The position numbers and the translations under genes are program-made. A stretch of 64,000 nucleotides of DNA from an uncultured delta proteobacterium (GTDB lineage: Bacteria; Desulfobacterota; Desulfobacteria; Desulfobacterales; QNYZ01): assembly GCA_963845145.1 (NCBI GenBank), contig CAWJQU010000016.1, positions 60,689-124,688 of the forward strand, given 5' to 3'. Position 1 is the first letter of the stretch; each line of letters starts with the position of its first letter. Under the pieces are notes generated by a model that saw nothing but the letters and a program-made list of their open reading frames with translations, was not told the origin of the DNA and made no database searches. This document shows positions 10,346 through 19,597 of the stretch, in pieces.

Positions 10346-10570
10346 GGTTAGCCCGTTAACCGGTTGGCCTGTTAGCCGGCAGAACAGGGTTGCTACAGAA
10401 ACTTTTCTATCACCTATCTTTTCACCCATCAATGGCCAGCCGGCGAATTGGTATAATATGTAATTCATAGAGAGTGACCCATCAACGGGTTGGCACAAAT
10501 TCAAACGAGCTAACGAGCTAACGAGCTAACGAGCTAACGAGCTAACGGGCTGACGGGCTGACGGGCTAAC
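10346..10570. repeat. Inverted pair of octamer tandem arrays, copy 1
   Basis: Left arm GGTTAGCC-CGTTAACC-GGTTGGCC-TGTTAGCC (10346-10377). Right arm (AACGAGCT)x5-AACGGGCT-(GACGGGCT)x2-AAC (10504-10570). The arms are approximate reverse complements. Confidence 0.8.
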
Positions 10571-10609
10571 AGATTCACCGGCCAACGATCCATATGGAGG
10601 AACAACATC

Positions 10610-12175
10610 ATGCCGGAGCAAACGAGTCACCAAACCGAACGGACGCGATTAGACAACTTAGTGCGGAAGGCGGAACTGGGTGGTGGGCAAAAAGCGATCG
10701 ATAAACGCCGCAAACTAGGTAAACTAACCGCCCGGGAACGGTTGGCGACGCTTTTCGATTCAGACAGCTTTGTGGAAATCAATGAGCTGGCTGAAAGTCA
10801 GGCAGTGGAATTCGGCATGCAAGCCAAAAAGGTTCCCGGAGATGGCGTTGTTATCGGTTACGGGGAAGTTGAAGGGCGCCTGGTTTTTGCATACGCTCAG
10901 GACGCCACGGTACTGGGCGGTTCGGTGGGCACTGTTCATGGCCAGAAAATTTGTCGCATCATGGATGAGGCCCTCAAGATGAAAGCCCCGATTGTCGGCC
11001 TTTTCGATTCGGGGGGCGGTAGACTCCACGAAGGTTTTTTTGCATCCAAAGGCGTTGCCGGTATGTTTTACCGAAACACCCGGGCCTCGGGTGTGATTCC
11101 TCAAATTTCCGCCATGATGGGGCCTTGCGCGGGTGTATCGGTTTACTCTCCGGCTTTAACCGATTTTATCGTTATGGTGGAAGGAACCAGCCAGATGGTC
11201 ATTACCGGTCCGGGCGTGATCAAGTCCGTCACCGGTGAAGATGTCACTTTGGAGGATTTAGGCGGCGCCAAGGTCCACAGTGAGATTACAGGGCAGGCCC
11301 ATTTGGTGGCACCAAACGAGGAAGCGTGTTTAAAGACAATTCGAAAAATACTGAGTTATCTTCCTTCAAATAATACGGAGATGCCGCCGATAGCTACCGA
11401 TGGTAGCGATGATCCCGACCGAACGGATGATACCCTTGAAGAAATTGTTACGGCCAACTTCAGAAAAGCTTACGACATGCGCCAGGTGATCCGGCGGATT
11501 GTGGATCACGGCGACTTCTTTGAACTCCTTCCCAAATTTGCACAAAATATCATTATCGGTTTTGCCCGGCTCGACGGCATGACCGTAGGCATTGTTGGAA
11601 ATCAACCCATAGTCCTGGCGGGATGCCTGGATGTCAATAGTTCCGATAAAGCGGCGCGGTTTATACGTTTATGCGATGCGTTTAATATCCCCTTGGTCAA
11701 TTTGGTCGATGTGCCCGGGTATTTTCCCGGCGTCAAACAGGAGCATTTAGGGATCATTCGGCACGGGGCAAAAATGTTGTATGCTTATGCGGAAGCAACG
11801 GTACCTAAGATTACTTTGGCCCTGAGGAAGGAATATGGCGGCGCGGTCATGGCCATGTGCTGTGTGGGAATGGAGGTCGACCTGATGTTGGCCTGGCCGA
11901 TTGCCAAACTGGTTGTTTTGGACACTGCCACCGCCGTCAACCTGATTTTCAGAAAAGAGATTCAGGCCGCCGACGATCCCGAGGCTTTTCGGACACAGAT
12001 GATCGAAGAATATGACCATAAATATTCGAACCCGTTTCACGCGGCTTCCAATATGCTGGTGGATAAAATCATTGCACCCAAGGAAACCCGGCCTCAACTG
12101 ATCAAGGCGTTACGGATGTTGAAAAAGAAAAGCAGGCCAAAGCCATTTAGACGTCACGGGAATATTCCTCTATAG
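10610..12175 (+). CDS. Acyl-CoA carboxylase/decarboxylase carboxyltransferase subunit (PccB/MmdA family)
   Basis: GKLTARERL, DGVVIGYG, QDATVLGGS, DSGGGRLHEG, SDKAARFIRLCDAFNIP, DVPGYFPG, GIIRHGAK and RHGNIPL. Confidence 0.93.
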   Translation: MPEQTSHQTERTRLDNLVRKAELGGGQKAIDKRRKLGKLTARERLATLFDSDSFVEINELAESQAVEFGMQAKKVPGDGVVIGYGEVEGRLVFAYAQDATVLGGSVGTVHGQKICRIMDEALKMKAPIVGLFDSGGGRLHEGFFASKGVAGMFYRNTRASGVIPQISAMMGPCAGVSVYSPALTDFIVMVEGTSQMVITGPGVIKSVTGEDVTLEDLGGAKVHSEITGQAHLVAPNEEACLKTIRKILSYLPSNNTEMPPIATDGSDDPDRTDDTLEEIVTANFRKAYDMRQVIRRIVDHGDFFELLPKFAQNIIIGFARLDGMTVGIVGNQPIVLAGCLDVNSSDKAARFIRLCDAFNIPLVNLVDVPGYFPGVKQEHLGIIRHGAKMLYAYAEATVPKITLALRKEYGGAVMAMCCVGMEVDLMLAWPIAKLVVLDTATAVNLIFRKEIQAADDPEAFRTQMIEEYDHKYSNPFHAASNMLVDKIIAPKETRPQLIKALRMLKKKSRPKPFRRHGNIPL

Positions 12176-12199
12176 TCTCAATATTAAAAGGATGGGAAA

Positions 12200-13351
12200 A
12201 TGGATTTTACGCTTTCAAAGGAACACCTTGATATTCAAAAAGCCGCCCGAGAATTTGCGCGGGGAGAATTCGCCAATGTGGCTCGGGATTTTGACCTGAA
12301 CGAAACCTTTCCGGCTAAAATTATAAAAAAAGCCCGGCAACTTGATCTAATCGGCTTATTCATTCCTGAGGAATACGGCGGTCCCGGGCTGGGATACCTT
12401 GAGCATGCCATGGTTTTAGAGGAATTCTGGCGGATTGATCCTGGTATCGGTCAGCAGTTGTGTTCGTTGACTTTCGGTGCCGAGGAGTTTCTGCTTTTTG
12501 GTACGGAAGAACAGAAGAAGAAATATTTGGAACCCCTGTTTGGTGGGGGCAAGGGTATTATGGGGTTTGCCATCACTGAACCGGAAGCGGGTAGTGACAC
12601 CGCCGCCGTAGCAACAACGGCGGTAAAAGATGGCGATGACTACATTATCAACGGCAGCAAGGTGATGATTGGAAACGGCACGGTGGGGACGTTTATGCTC
12701 GTCTTTTGCCTGACGAATCCGGATGAAAAAAACAAAAGTGCCCGGCACAGTATCATTATCGTTGAAACGGACCGGGACGGATATAAAGCCGATATTATGC
12801 ATGGTAAGATGGGCCTGAGATGTTCCGATACCGCCGCCATCTACTTTAACAATGTCCGGGTACCCCAGACAAACCTGGTGGGTGTGGAAGGAAACGGCTT
12901 TATTCAGCTGATGCATTTTTTTGATCGCTCCCGGGCCTATGTAGCCGCCCATGGCGTGGGCTTGGCCCAGGGTGCGATGGATCAGGCCGTTAAGCATGTG
13001 AAGGGCCGGAAACAGTTTGGTCGCCCTTTAGGGGCGTTTCAAGCCACCCAGTTCAAGCTGGCCGAAATGGCCACCAAAATCGAGACTGCTCGAAATATGG
13101 TTTATAAGTCGGCATGGCTGCTCGATAACGGTATGGCCGATACACGGTTGACGGCCATGGCCAAGTTATTCGCTTGCCGAACGGCGGTGGAAGTTGTTGA
13201 CGAAGCACTTCAAATGCATGGCGGATATGGATATTTCGACGATTATGATATCGAGCGGTTTTACAGGGCCGCTAAAGTGCTTGAGATCTATGAGGGGACC
13301 AAAGAAGTCGAAAAAATTATTATTGCTAGAGAGATTTTAGGTAAATTATAA
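12200..13351 (+). CDS. Acyl-CoA dehydrogenase (IaaF-like role by context)
   Basis: FAITEPEAGSD, NGSKVMIGNG, KMGLR, RKQFGRPL, QMHGGYGY and IYEGT (catalytic Glu). Confidence 0.93.
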   Translation: MDFTLSKEHLDIQKAAREFARGEFANVARDFDLNETFPAKIIKKARQLDLIGLFIPEEYGGPGLGYLEHAMVLEEFWRIDPGIGQQLCSLTFGAEEFLLFGTEEQKKKYLEPLFGGGKGIMGFAITEPEAGSDTAAVATTAVKDGDDYIINGSKVMIGNGTVGTFMLVFCLTNPDEKNKSARHSIIIVETDRDGYKADIMHGKMGLRCSDTAAIYFNNVRVPQTNLVGVEGNGFIQLMHFFDRSRAYVAAHGVGLAQGAMDQAVKHVKGRKQFGRPLGAFQATQFKLAEMATKIETARNMVYKSAWLLDNGMADTRLTAMAKLFACRTAVEVVDEALQMHGGYGYFDDYDIERFYRAAKVLEIYEGTKEVEKIIIAREILGKL

Positions 13352-13363
13352 CAGGAGTGTTTT

Positions 13364-14551
13364 ATGGAGCTTTTTAAGAATGTCCGGATTCTGTCTTTAG
13401 AGCAAGCCACGGTTCTTCCCTATTTGACCTACCGCCTGGCCATGGATGGCATGGAGGTTATCCGTTTGGAGCATCCCGTCTACGGCGATCCCAACCGTTT
13501 TATCGGCGAAAACGTGCTCGGTGAAAAGCGTATGAACGCTTACTACCTTGCCATCAATGCCGGCAAAAAAGCGTTAACCCTTAATCTGGCAGACCCGGAA
13601 GGGCAAAAGATTTTTCGTTCGCTCATTGAAGAATTGGATGTTGATATCTTTGCAACCAACCAGCTTCCCAAAAATTATACCAAGCTGGGGATCGATTATG
13701 ATACCTTAAAATCGATTAAACCGGATATCATCTGGCTGGGCGTCACCGGGTTCGGGCCGGATAGTAATGAGGGCGCTTATGATCCCATCTTACAGGCCCG
13801 ATCCGGACTGATGGAAATGACCGGTGAGGCCAATGGCGCCCCGATGGTACTCGGCATTCCACTGCCCGATATGGGGACCAGTGAACATGCTTACGGCATG
13901 GTGATGAAAGCCTTATACCGACGCGCAGTTAATGGTGAGGGGTCACGAATCGATCTATCCATGTTTGAATCCTCTTTGTCCTGGCTGACGGTTCCCATCA
14001 CCATGTCCGCCAGTTTTAAAAAAGAAGTGACCCGGCGAGGCAACACCCATGAGTTTTTCAGCCCGGTCTCGGTGTACGAAACAAAGGATGGGTTTGTTTA
14101 CCTTGCCGTTGGGAATGATCGACAGTGGAAGACGTTTGCCTCCCAGGATATTTTTAAATCTTTGGACAAATCGGATTACGAAACAAATGAGGGCCGCATT
14201 AACGATGTCGTCAATTTGAACCGGGACATCAATGCGATTACGAAAAACCATACGACACAATCGTTGATTGACCTTTGCACATCGATCACGGTACCCATTA
14301 GTAAAATCAATTTGGTCGAAGATGTAATCAAGGATCCGCTGGTTGAAAAACGGTTGCTCCACTCGCAAGATTCGGCAACCGGCACTAAAATTACCCTGGC
14401 ACCATCACCCTATATGACGCCGTTGCTTGAGAAAAACAACCGCCAGCTTGATTTTCCCCCGCGTTTCGGGGAACACAACAAAACTTTCTACGGCCAGATT
14501 GGCTATTCGGAAGATATGCTGGCAACCCTTAAAGAAAAAGGCGTCATTTAA
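13364..14551 (+). CDS. Family III CoA-transferase (CaiB/BaiF; IaaL-like by context)
   Basis: GMEVIRLEHP, NAGKKALTLNL, TGFG, YDPILQARSGLM and PLPD (catalytic Asp position). Confidence 0.92.
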   Translation: MELFKNVRILSLEQATVLPYLTYRLAMDGMEVIRLEHPVYGDPNRFIGENVLGEKRMNAYYLAINAGKKALTLNLADPEGQKIFRSLIEELDVDIFATNQLPKNYTKLGIDYDTLKSIKPDIIWLGVTGFGPDSNEGAYDPILQARSGLMEMTGEANGAPMVLGIPLPDMGTSEHAYGMVMKALYRRAVNGEGSRIDLSMFESSLSWLTVPITMSASFKKEVTRRGNTHEFFSPVSVYETKDGFVYLAVGNDRQWKTFASQDIFKSLDKSDYETNEGRINDVVNLNRDINAITKNHTTQSLIDLCTSITVPISKINLVEDVIKDPLVEKRLLHSQDSATGTKITLAPSPYMTPLLEKNNRQLDFPPRFGEHNKTFYGQIGYSEDMLATLKEKGVI

Positions 14552-14583
14552 TACTGTCGTTTATTGGAAATAGCCACGAAGTT

Positions 14584-15291
14584 ATGCAAAGCGCAAAAGT
14601 AAAAAATACGTCGCTGGGGCCGCTAAAGACGATTGGCCGACGAAAGTCACTCGGGCAGCATGTTTATCAGGACCTGCGCCAGGCGATTCTGCGGGGGGAT
14701 ATTGCTTCGGGCGGACGGCTGGTGGAGAATCGTATCGCCGAAGCAATGGGTATCAGCCGAACACCTGTTCGAGAAGCGATCCATAAGCTGGAGCGGGAAG
14801 GGCTGATTGTTCAGAGACAAACCGGCGGGTTTGAAGTTGTCGGTGTCAGCCGCGAAGATATCAATGAGATTTTCGGTATTCGCAGTGCATTGGAAAGTTA
14901 TGCGGCGGGTCTGGCGGCCCTTCGACATGGGCCCGGTGAACTGACTTCTCTGGATAAAAAAATCAATGATTTTCAAAAACATTTGGAAGATGGCCGGTTG
15001 AACAAGCTGGTCGAGATTAATACGGAATTTCATCAATTATTGTATGCCTTAAGCGGCAATACGCGGTTGATTCGTATGATCGGAACCCTCCAGGATCAGT
15101 TCCACCGTTTCCGAAAGATTATCCTGGAAAAAGCCAGTCTTGCCCAGGCCAGTAATGAAGATCATCGCCAGATGCTGGTTTACATACGCAGGCGGGATGT
15201 GGAAGAAACCGAACGCCTGGTTAAAAAACACATATTGAAAGGCCAACAAGCCGTGTTGGCTGATTTTGATAAAGTAGATAACAACAACTAA
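14584..15291 (+). CDS. GntR-family transcriptional regulator (HTH plus FCD domain)
   Basis: GISRTPVREAIHKLEREGL HTH; NTEFH and EDHRQML FCD motifs. Confidence 0.92.
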   Translation: MQSAKVKNTSLGPLKTIGRRKSLGQHVYQDLRQAILRGDIASGGRLVENRIAEAMGISRTPVREAIHKLEREGLIVQRQTGGFEVVGVSREDINEIFGIRSALESYAAGLAALRHGPGELTSLDKKINDFQKHLEDGRLNKLVEINTEFHQLLYALSGNTRLIRMIGTLQDQFHRFRKIILEKASLAQASNEDHRQMLVYIRRRDVEETERLVKKHILKGQQAVLADFDKVDNNN

Positions 15292-15303
15292 AGGAACGAG
15301 CAC

Positions 15304-15696
15304 ATGCCAGAAAAAAAAGTCAGGGTTCTTATCGCCAAACCGGATTTGGATGGCCATGATCGCGGCGCCAAGGTCGTGGCACTGGCTCTTAGGGATGCGG
15401 GTATGGAGGTGATCTATTCCGGATTGCACCAGAGTCTCGACCAGATTTTAAGCACCGCCATGCAAGAGTCGGTGGACGTCGTGGGGTTAAGCATCATGAC
15501 CGGTGGTCATCTTCCTATCTGTAAAAAATTAATTGATCGGTTAAAATCCGAGGAGATGGAAGAGGTCCATGTGGTTGTGGGGGGCGTGATACCCAAAAGA
15601 GATATTCCAAAATTAACCGAAATGGGCATTAAAGCCGTATTCCCGGGTGGTGCGACCTTTGATGAAATCGCTGAAACTATCCACGCATTGATTTAA
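15304..15696 (+). CDS. Cobalamin-binding small subunit of an acyl-CoA mutase
   Basis: DGHDRGAK base-off/His-on motif, GLSIM and VGGVIP. Confidence 0.93.
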   Translation: MPEKKVRVLIAKPDLDGHDRGAKVVALALRDAGMEVIYSGLHQSLDQILSTAMQESVDVVGLSIMTGGHLPICKKLIDRLKSEEMEEVHVVVGGVIPKRDIPKLTEMGIKAVFPGGATFDEIAETIHALI

Positions 15697-15714
15697 GTTC
15701 GAGAGGAGGAGTTC

Positions 15715-17343
15715 ATGGGGGTTGCCAAATATGTAAAAAACGACAAAGGTGGCATCGAAGATGTCATCTATCAGTCGGGAATTCGAATAAAAACAAGTTA
15801 TAATAAAGATGATCTGGATGCGGTTGGATTTGACTACCAGGAGGACCTAGGCGATCCCGGTGAATTTCCGTTTACCCGCAGCCTTCATCCCAGCGGCTAT
15901 CGCAGCAGGGCCTGGACGACCCGTCAGTACACGGGTTTCGGTACGCCCGAGGAAACCAATAAGCGTTTTTTGTATATGATTTCCCATGGTCAGACCGGCC
16001 TGAATGTTGCCTTTGATCTGCCTACCCAGATGGGATTGGATTCGGATAACCCCAAGGCTGAAGGAGAAGTTGGGCGGGTGGGAATGGCGGTGGATTCACT
16101 AAGGGATTTTGAGATTGCGTTTAAAGATATCCCTTTTGATAAAATTGGGTCCGGCTTGACCATTAATGCCAATGCCAGTGTGATGCTTGCCATGTATCAG
16201 GCCGTGGCTGAAAAATTCGGCTTTCCCAAGGAAGTGATCAGCGCGACGCCTCAAAACGATATTCTAAAAGAGATGATCGGTCGCGGGGCCTGGATTTTTC
16301 CTGCCGAACCGGCCGTGAAACTTGTCGGTGATACGATTGAGTACGCCATGAAAGAGCTGCCACGCTGTAACCCTGTCAGTGTGTGCGGCTACCATATTCG
16401 CGAATCCGGCGCCACACCGGTGCAGGAAATTGCCTGCGCTTTTGAGATTGCCCGGGCGTATATCGACAATGTGGTTGCACGTGGCATAAAGCCCGAAGAC
16501 TTTGTGGGACGCCTCACGTTTAATTTTAACGTTTATGGAAATATGTGGGAGCAGATTGCGAAATTCAGGGCCGCCCGGAAAATTTGGGCCAAAATGCTCC
16601 GAAATGATTATGGTGTGACGGAAAAGAAGAAACTGTTTTTACGGGGGTTATTCGGTGGGGGAGGCAGCGGGCTGACCAAGGAGCAGCCTGAAAACAATAT
16701 CATGCGCGGCGCCTACTACGCGCTGGCCGCAGCTTTGGGGGGCGCTCAGACCACCGCCCTGTGTTCGTTTGACGAAGCCTATACGATCCCCACACCACGA
16801 GCGGCGTTATTATCCTTAAGGACACTCGAAATTCTGATGGATGAGGTGGGGTTGCGGGATACCGTGGATCCCCTGGCCGGTTCTTACTTTATCGAGACCA
16901 TAACCAAAGAGATGGAAAATAAAATCCAAGAAGAGATGGAACGAATTCAGAAAGCAGGAGGGATGGTCACCGCCGTCACCACCGGATCCATACAGCGGGA
17001 AGTGGCGCAACAGGCCTATGAATTTGAGAAATCGCTTCAGGCCAAAGAGGCTATTAAAGTAGGTGTCAACAAATACACAGAAGGCGAGCAACCTGAAGTG
17101 GAGCTCCACGGATATAACGAAGAATGGGCCGATAAACAAATTAACAACCTAAAAAAATTACGGGCCGAACGGGACAACGAATTGGTAACCCGAAGGCTAA
17201 AAGATCTGGAAAGTGCCGCCCGATCCGATAAAAATGTCATGCCCGATTTGGTAAAATGCTGTCAGGCGTATGCCACGGTAGGCGAAATGACGGACGTTTT
17301 CAGAAACGTGTTCGGCGAATGGCAGGAACCGCGGCTATTTTAA
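15715..17343 (+). CDS. B12-dependent acyl-CoA mutase large subunit (methylmalonyl-CoA mutase family, divergent active site)
   Basis: PGEFPFTR, RQYTGFG, AFDLPTQMGLDSD, QNDILKE, GYHIRESGAT, KFRAAR and DPLAGSY. Confidence 0.92.
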   Translation: MGVAKYVKNDKGGIEDVIYQSGIRIKTSYNKDDLDAVGFDYQEDLGDPGEFPFTRSLHPSGYRSRAWTTRQYTGFGTPEETNKRFLYMISHGQTGLNVAFDLPTQMGLDSDNPKAEGEVGRVGMAVDSLRDFEIAFKDIPFDKIGSGLTINANASVMLAMYQAVAEKFGFPKEVISATPQNDILKEMIGRGAWIFPAEPAVKLVGDTIEYAMKELPRCNPVSVCGYHIRESGATPVQEIACAFEIARAYIDNVVARGIKPEDFVGRLTFNFNVYGNMWEQIAKFRAARKIWAKMLRNDYGVTEKKKLFLRGLFGGGGSGLTKEQPENNIMRGAYYALAAALGGAQTTALCSFDEAYTIPTPRAALLSLRTLEILMDEVGLRDTVDPLAGSYFIETITKEMENKIQEEMERIQKAGGMVTAVTTGSIQREVAQQAYEFEKSLQAKEAIKVGVNKYTEGEQPEVELHGYNEEWADKQINNLKKLRAERDNELVTRRLKDLESAARSDKNVMPDLVKCCQAYATVGEMTDVFRNVFGEWQEPRLF

Positions 17344-17345
17344 GC

Positions 17346-17442
17346 CGTTAGCCCGTTAGCCGGTTAGCCCGTGGGCCGGTTCGTGGGATGTAATTTGGAG
17401 AGGATTTTACGGGCAAACCGGCTAACGGGAAACCGGCAAACC
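17346..17442. repeat. Inverted pair of octamer tandem arrays, copy 2
   Basis: Left CGTTAGCC-CGTTAGCC-GGTTAGCC-CGTGGGCC; right GGCAAACC-GGCTAACG-GGAAACC-GGCAAACC. Same unit family as 10346-10570. Confidence 0.75.
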
Positions 17443-17458
17443 GAAGAAGAGGTAAACA

Positions 17459-19555
17459 TTGGAAAAAGGTATATTTCGTTTAGGCTGCGATATTGGCGGT
17501 ACATTCACCGACTTTGTCCTGGTGAATAGCGATACCGGTGAAATCCATACCCATAAGTGTCTGACCACACCGACAGATCCGTCTGATGCTGTGGCTGAGG
17601 GTGTTGATGCGCTCTCGGAGGCAGTGCCGGGGATGGCTTCTGAAATATCGGAATTTATTCATGGGACAACACTGGTGATCAATGCCATTATTGAAAGAAA
17701 GGGCGCCATCACCGGACTGATAACGACCAAAGGGTTTAAGGACGTTTTGGAGCTTGGTCGTGAGATCCGATATGATGCTTATGATATTTTTTCCGAGTAT
17801 CCGAAGCCGCTGGTATCACGGGATTTTAGGATGGAGGTCGACGAACGCATTGCCAGTGACGGTCGCGTGCTAAAGGCGCTTGAAAAAGAATCCGTTTCAC
17901 AAGCATTGGTGAAATTGCAGGATAAGGGGGTCGAATCTCTGGCCATCTGCCTGATTAACTCCTATGAAAATCCGGTCCATGAAAATGAAATTAAAGCAAT
18001 GGTAGAGGCGCAGGCACCGGAGCTTTATCTATCGACATCCTTTGAAGTACTCCCCCAAATTCGAGAGTTTGAAAGAACCAGTACCACGGTAACCAATGCC
18101 TATGTTAAACCGATTACGGCGAGGTATCTGGAAAAATTAAGTGGCCGGCTGGGCTCATTGGGATTTGATGGAACGATTTATATTATGTTGTCTTCGGGTG
18201 GGATAACCACCATCGAAACAGCAAGGGATTTTCCGGTGCGGATTATTGAATCCGGTCCCACGGCGGCAGTAATCGCTTCCCAGTACTACGGGCGCATGTT
18301 TGATGTGCAGGATATGTTTTGTTTCGATATGGGCGGAACTACGGCCAAGTCATGTCTGATTCAAAAAGGCAATGCCGGGCTGGTATCCACCTTTGAGGTT
18401 GGTCGTGTCCAGCGGTTTAAAAAGGGCAGCGGGTTACCCATTCAGGTTCCCGTGGTAGACCTTATGGAGATCGGTGCCGGCGGTGGCAGTATCGCTAAAA
18501 TCAGTAAGATGGGATTGTTGCAAGTGGGGCCGGAAAGTGCCGGTGCGGATCCGGGACCGGTTTGTTACGGACGTGGCGGACAAAGCCCCACGGTGACGGA
18601 TGCCGATTTGGTTTTAGGGTACCTTGACCCCGATTATTTTCTGGGGGGCACCATGACCCTGGATAAGGCCGCCGCCGAAAAGGCGATCCAGGCTGAACTG
18701 GCCGATCCCCTTCAAACGACCATGGTCAAAGCCGCTTTCGGTATTCACGATCTGATTAATGAAACCATGGCTGCTGCGGCCAAAACCCATATCGCCGAAA
18801 AGGGCGGAAATCCCAAGATTGTTACGGTCTCGGCCTTTGGCGGCGCTGGCCCTGTCCACGCTTACGGGTTGGCAAAAAAAATCGGTGCACCCCGGATTTT
18901 GGTGCCACCCTTGGCCGGGGTTGGATCTGCGCTTGGGTTTTTTACAGCACCGGTTGCATTTGATATGTCCCGGAGCCATCGGGCCAACCTGGAAGTGGCT
19001 GATTTTAAGGAGATCGAAGCGTTGTTCGATTCTCTGGAAAAAGAAGGGTTGGCAACACTGGGGGACACCGTCAATCCGGACGATATCATCATCGAACGAA
19101 CATTGATGATGCGGTTTGTGGGCCAAGGTGCGGAAACCGATCTATCCATAGAACGTAAAGCCTTTGATCAGTGGGAGATTAGAGAGATTCGGGCGTTATT
19201 CGATACGGCCTATAAAAAACTCTATGGGCGCACATATCCCGATAACCAGATCGAATTCGTCACCTTTAAAGTTCGTGTGGGATTGCCGCCACGACCCTTT
19301 CATTTGCCCCAGCCACCGAGTAAAGTCGGAAATCTCGAAGCATGCGTTAAGGGCCAGCGCAAGGCCTTCTCCTTGATCGAAAAAGATTATATTCCGTTTA
19401 CCGTATATGATCGATTCAAACTCTTCCCCGAGGTTCGGATTCCCGGACCCGCCATCATCGAAGAACGCGAATCAACGATCATTTTAGGAGAAGATGCGAC
19501 GGCTCGTCTTGATGACCAGGGCTTTGTATGGATCGATGTAGGGATTAATGGTTGA
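17459..19555 (+). CDS. ATP-dependent hydantoinase/oxoprolinase subunit A
   Basis: DIGGTFTD, HGTT, ESGP, DMGGTT, IGAGGGS, GPESAGADPGPVCYGRGG and AFGGAGPVH. TTG start with AGAGG RBS. Confidence 0.93.
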   Translation: MEKGIFRLGCDIGGTFTDFVLVNSDTGEIHTHKCLTTPTDPSDAVAEGVDALSEAVPGMASEISEFIHGTTLVINAIIERKGAITGLITTKGFKDVLELGREIRYDAYDIFSEYPKPLVSRDFRMEVDERIASDGRVLKALEKESVSQALVKLQDKGVESLAICLINSYENPVHENEIKAMVEAQAPELYLSTSFEVLPQIREFERTSTTVTNAYVKPITARYLEKLSGRLGSLGFDGTIYIMLSSGGITTIETARDFPVRIIESGPTAAVIASQYYGRMFDVQDMFCFDMGGTTAKSCLIQKGNAGLVSTFEVGRVQRFKKGSGLPIQVPVVDLMEIGAGGGSIAKISKMGLLQVGPESAGADPGPVCYGRGGQSPTVTDADLVLGYLDPDYFLGGTMTLDKAAAEKAIQAELADPLQTTMVKAAFGIHDLINETMAAAAKTHIAEKGGNPKIVTVSAFGGAGPVHAYGLAKKIGAPRILVPPLAGVGSALGFFTAPVAFDMSRSHRANLEVADFKEIEALFDSLEKEGLATLGDTVNPDDIIIERTLMMRFVGQGAETDLSIERKAFDQWEIREIRALFDTAYKKLYGRTYPDNQIEFVTFKVRVGLPPRPFHLPQPPSKVGNLEACVKGQRKAFSLIEKDYIPFTVYDRFKLFPEVRIPGPAIIEERESTIILGEDATARLDDQGFVWIDVGING

Positions 19556-19597
19556 TGATTGTTTATTTTCGACTACCAACCAATAACTTTTAAGTGA

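Noticed and set aside
10504..10570. CRISPR array
   Set aside because: The units are contiguous 8-mers without spacers, and no cas genes are present.
15304..17343. Ordinary methylmalonyl-CoA mutase / propionate pathway with the PccB-like gene
   Set aside because: Active-site segments are strongly altered, and there is no epimerase, MeaB or biotin carboxylase in the cluster.
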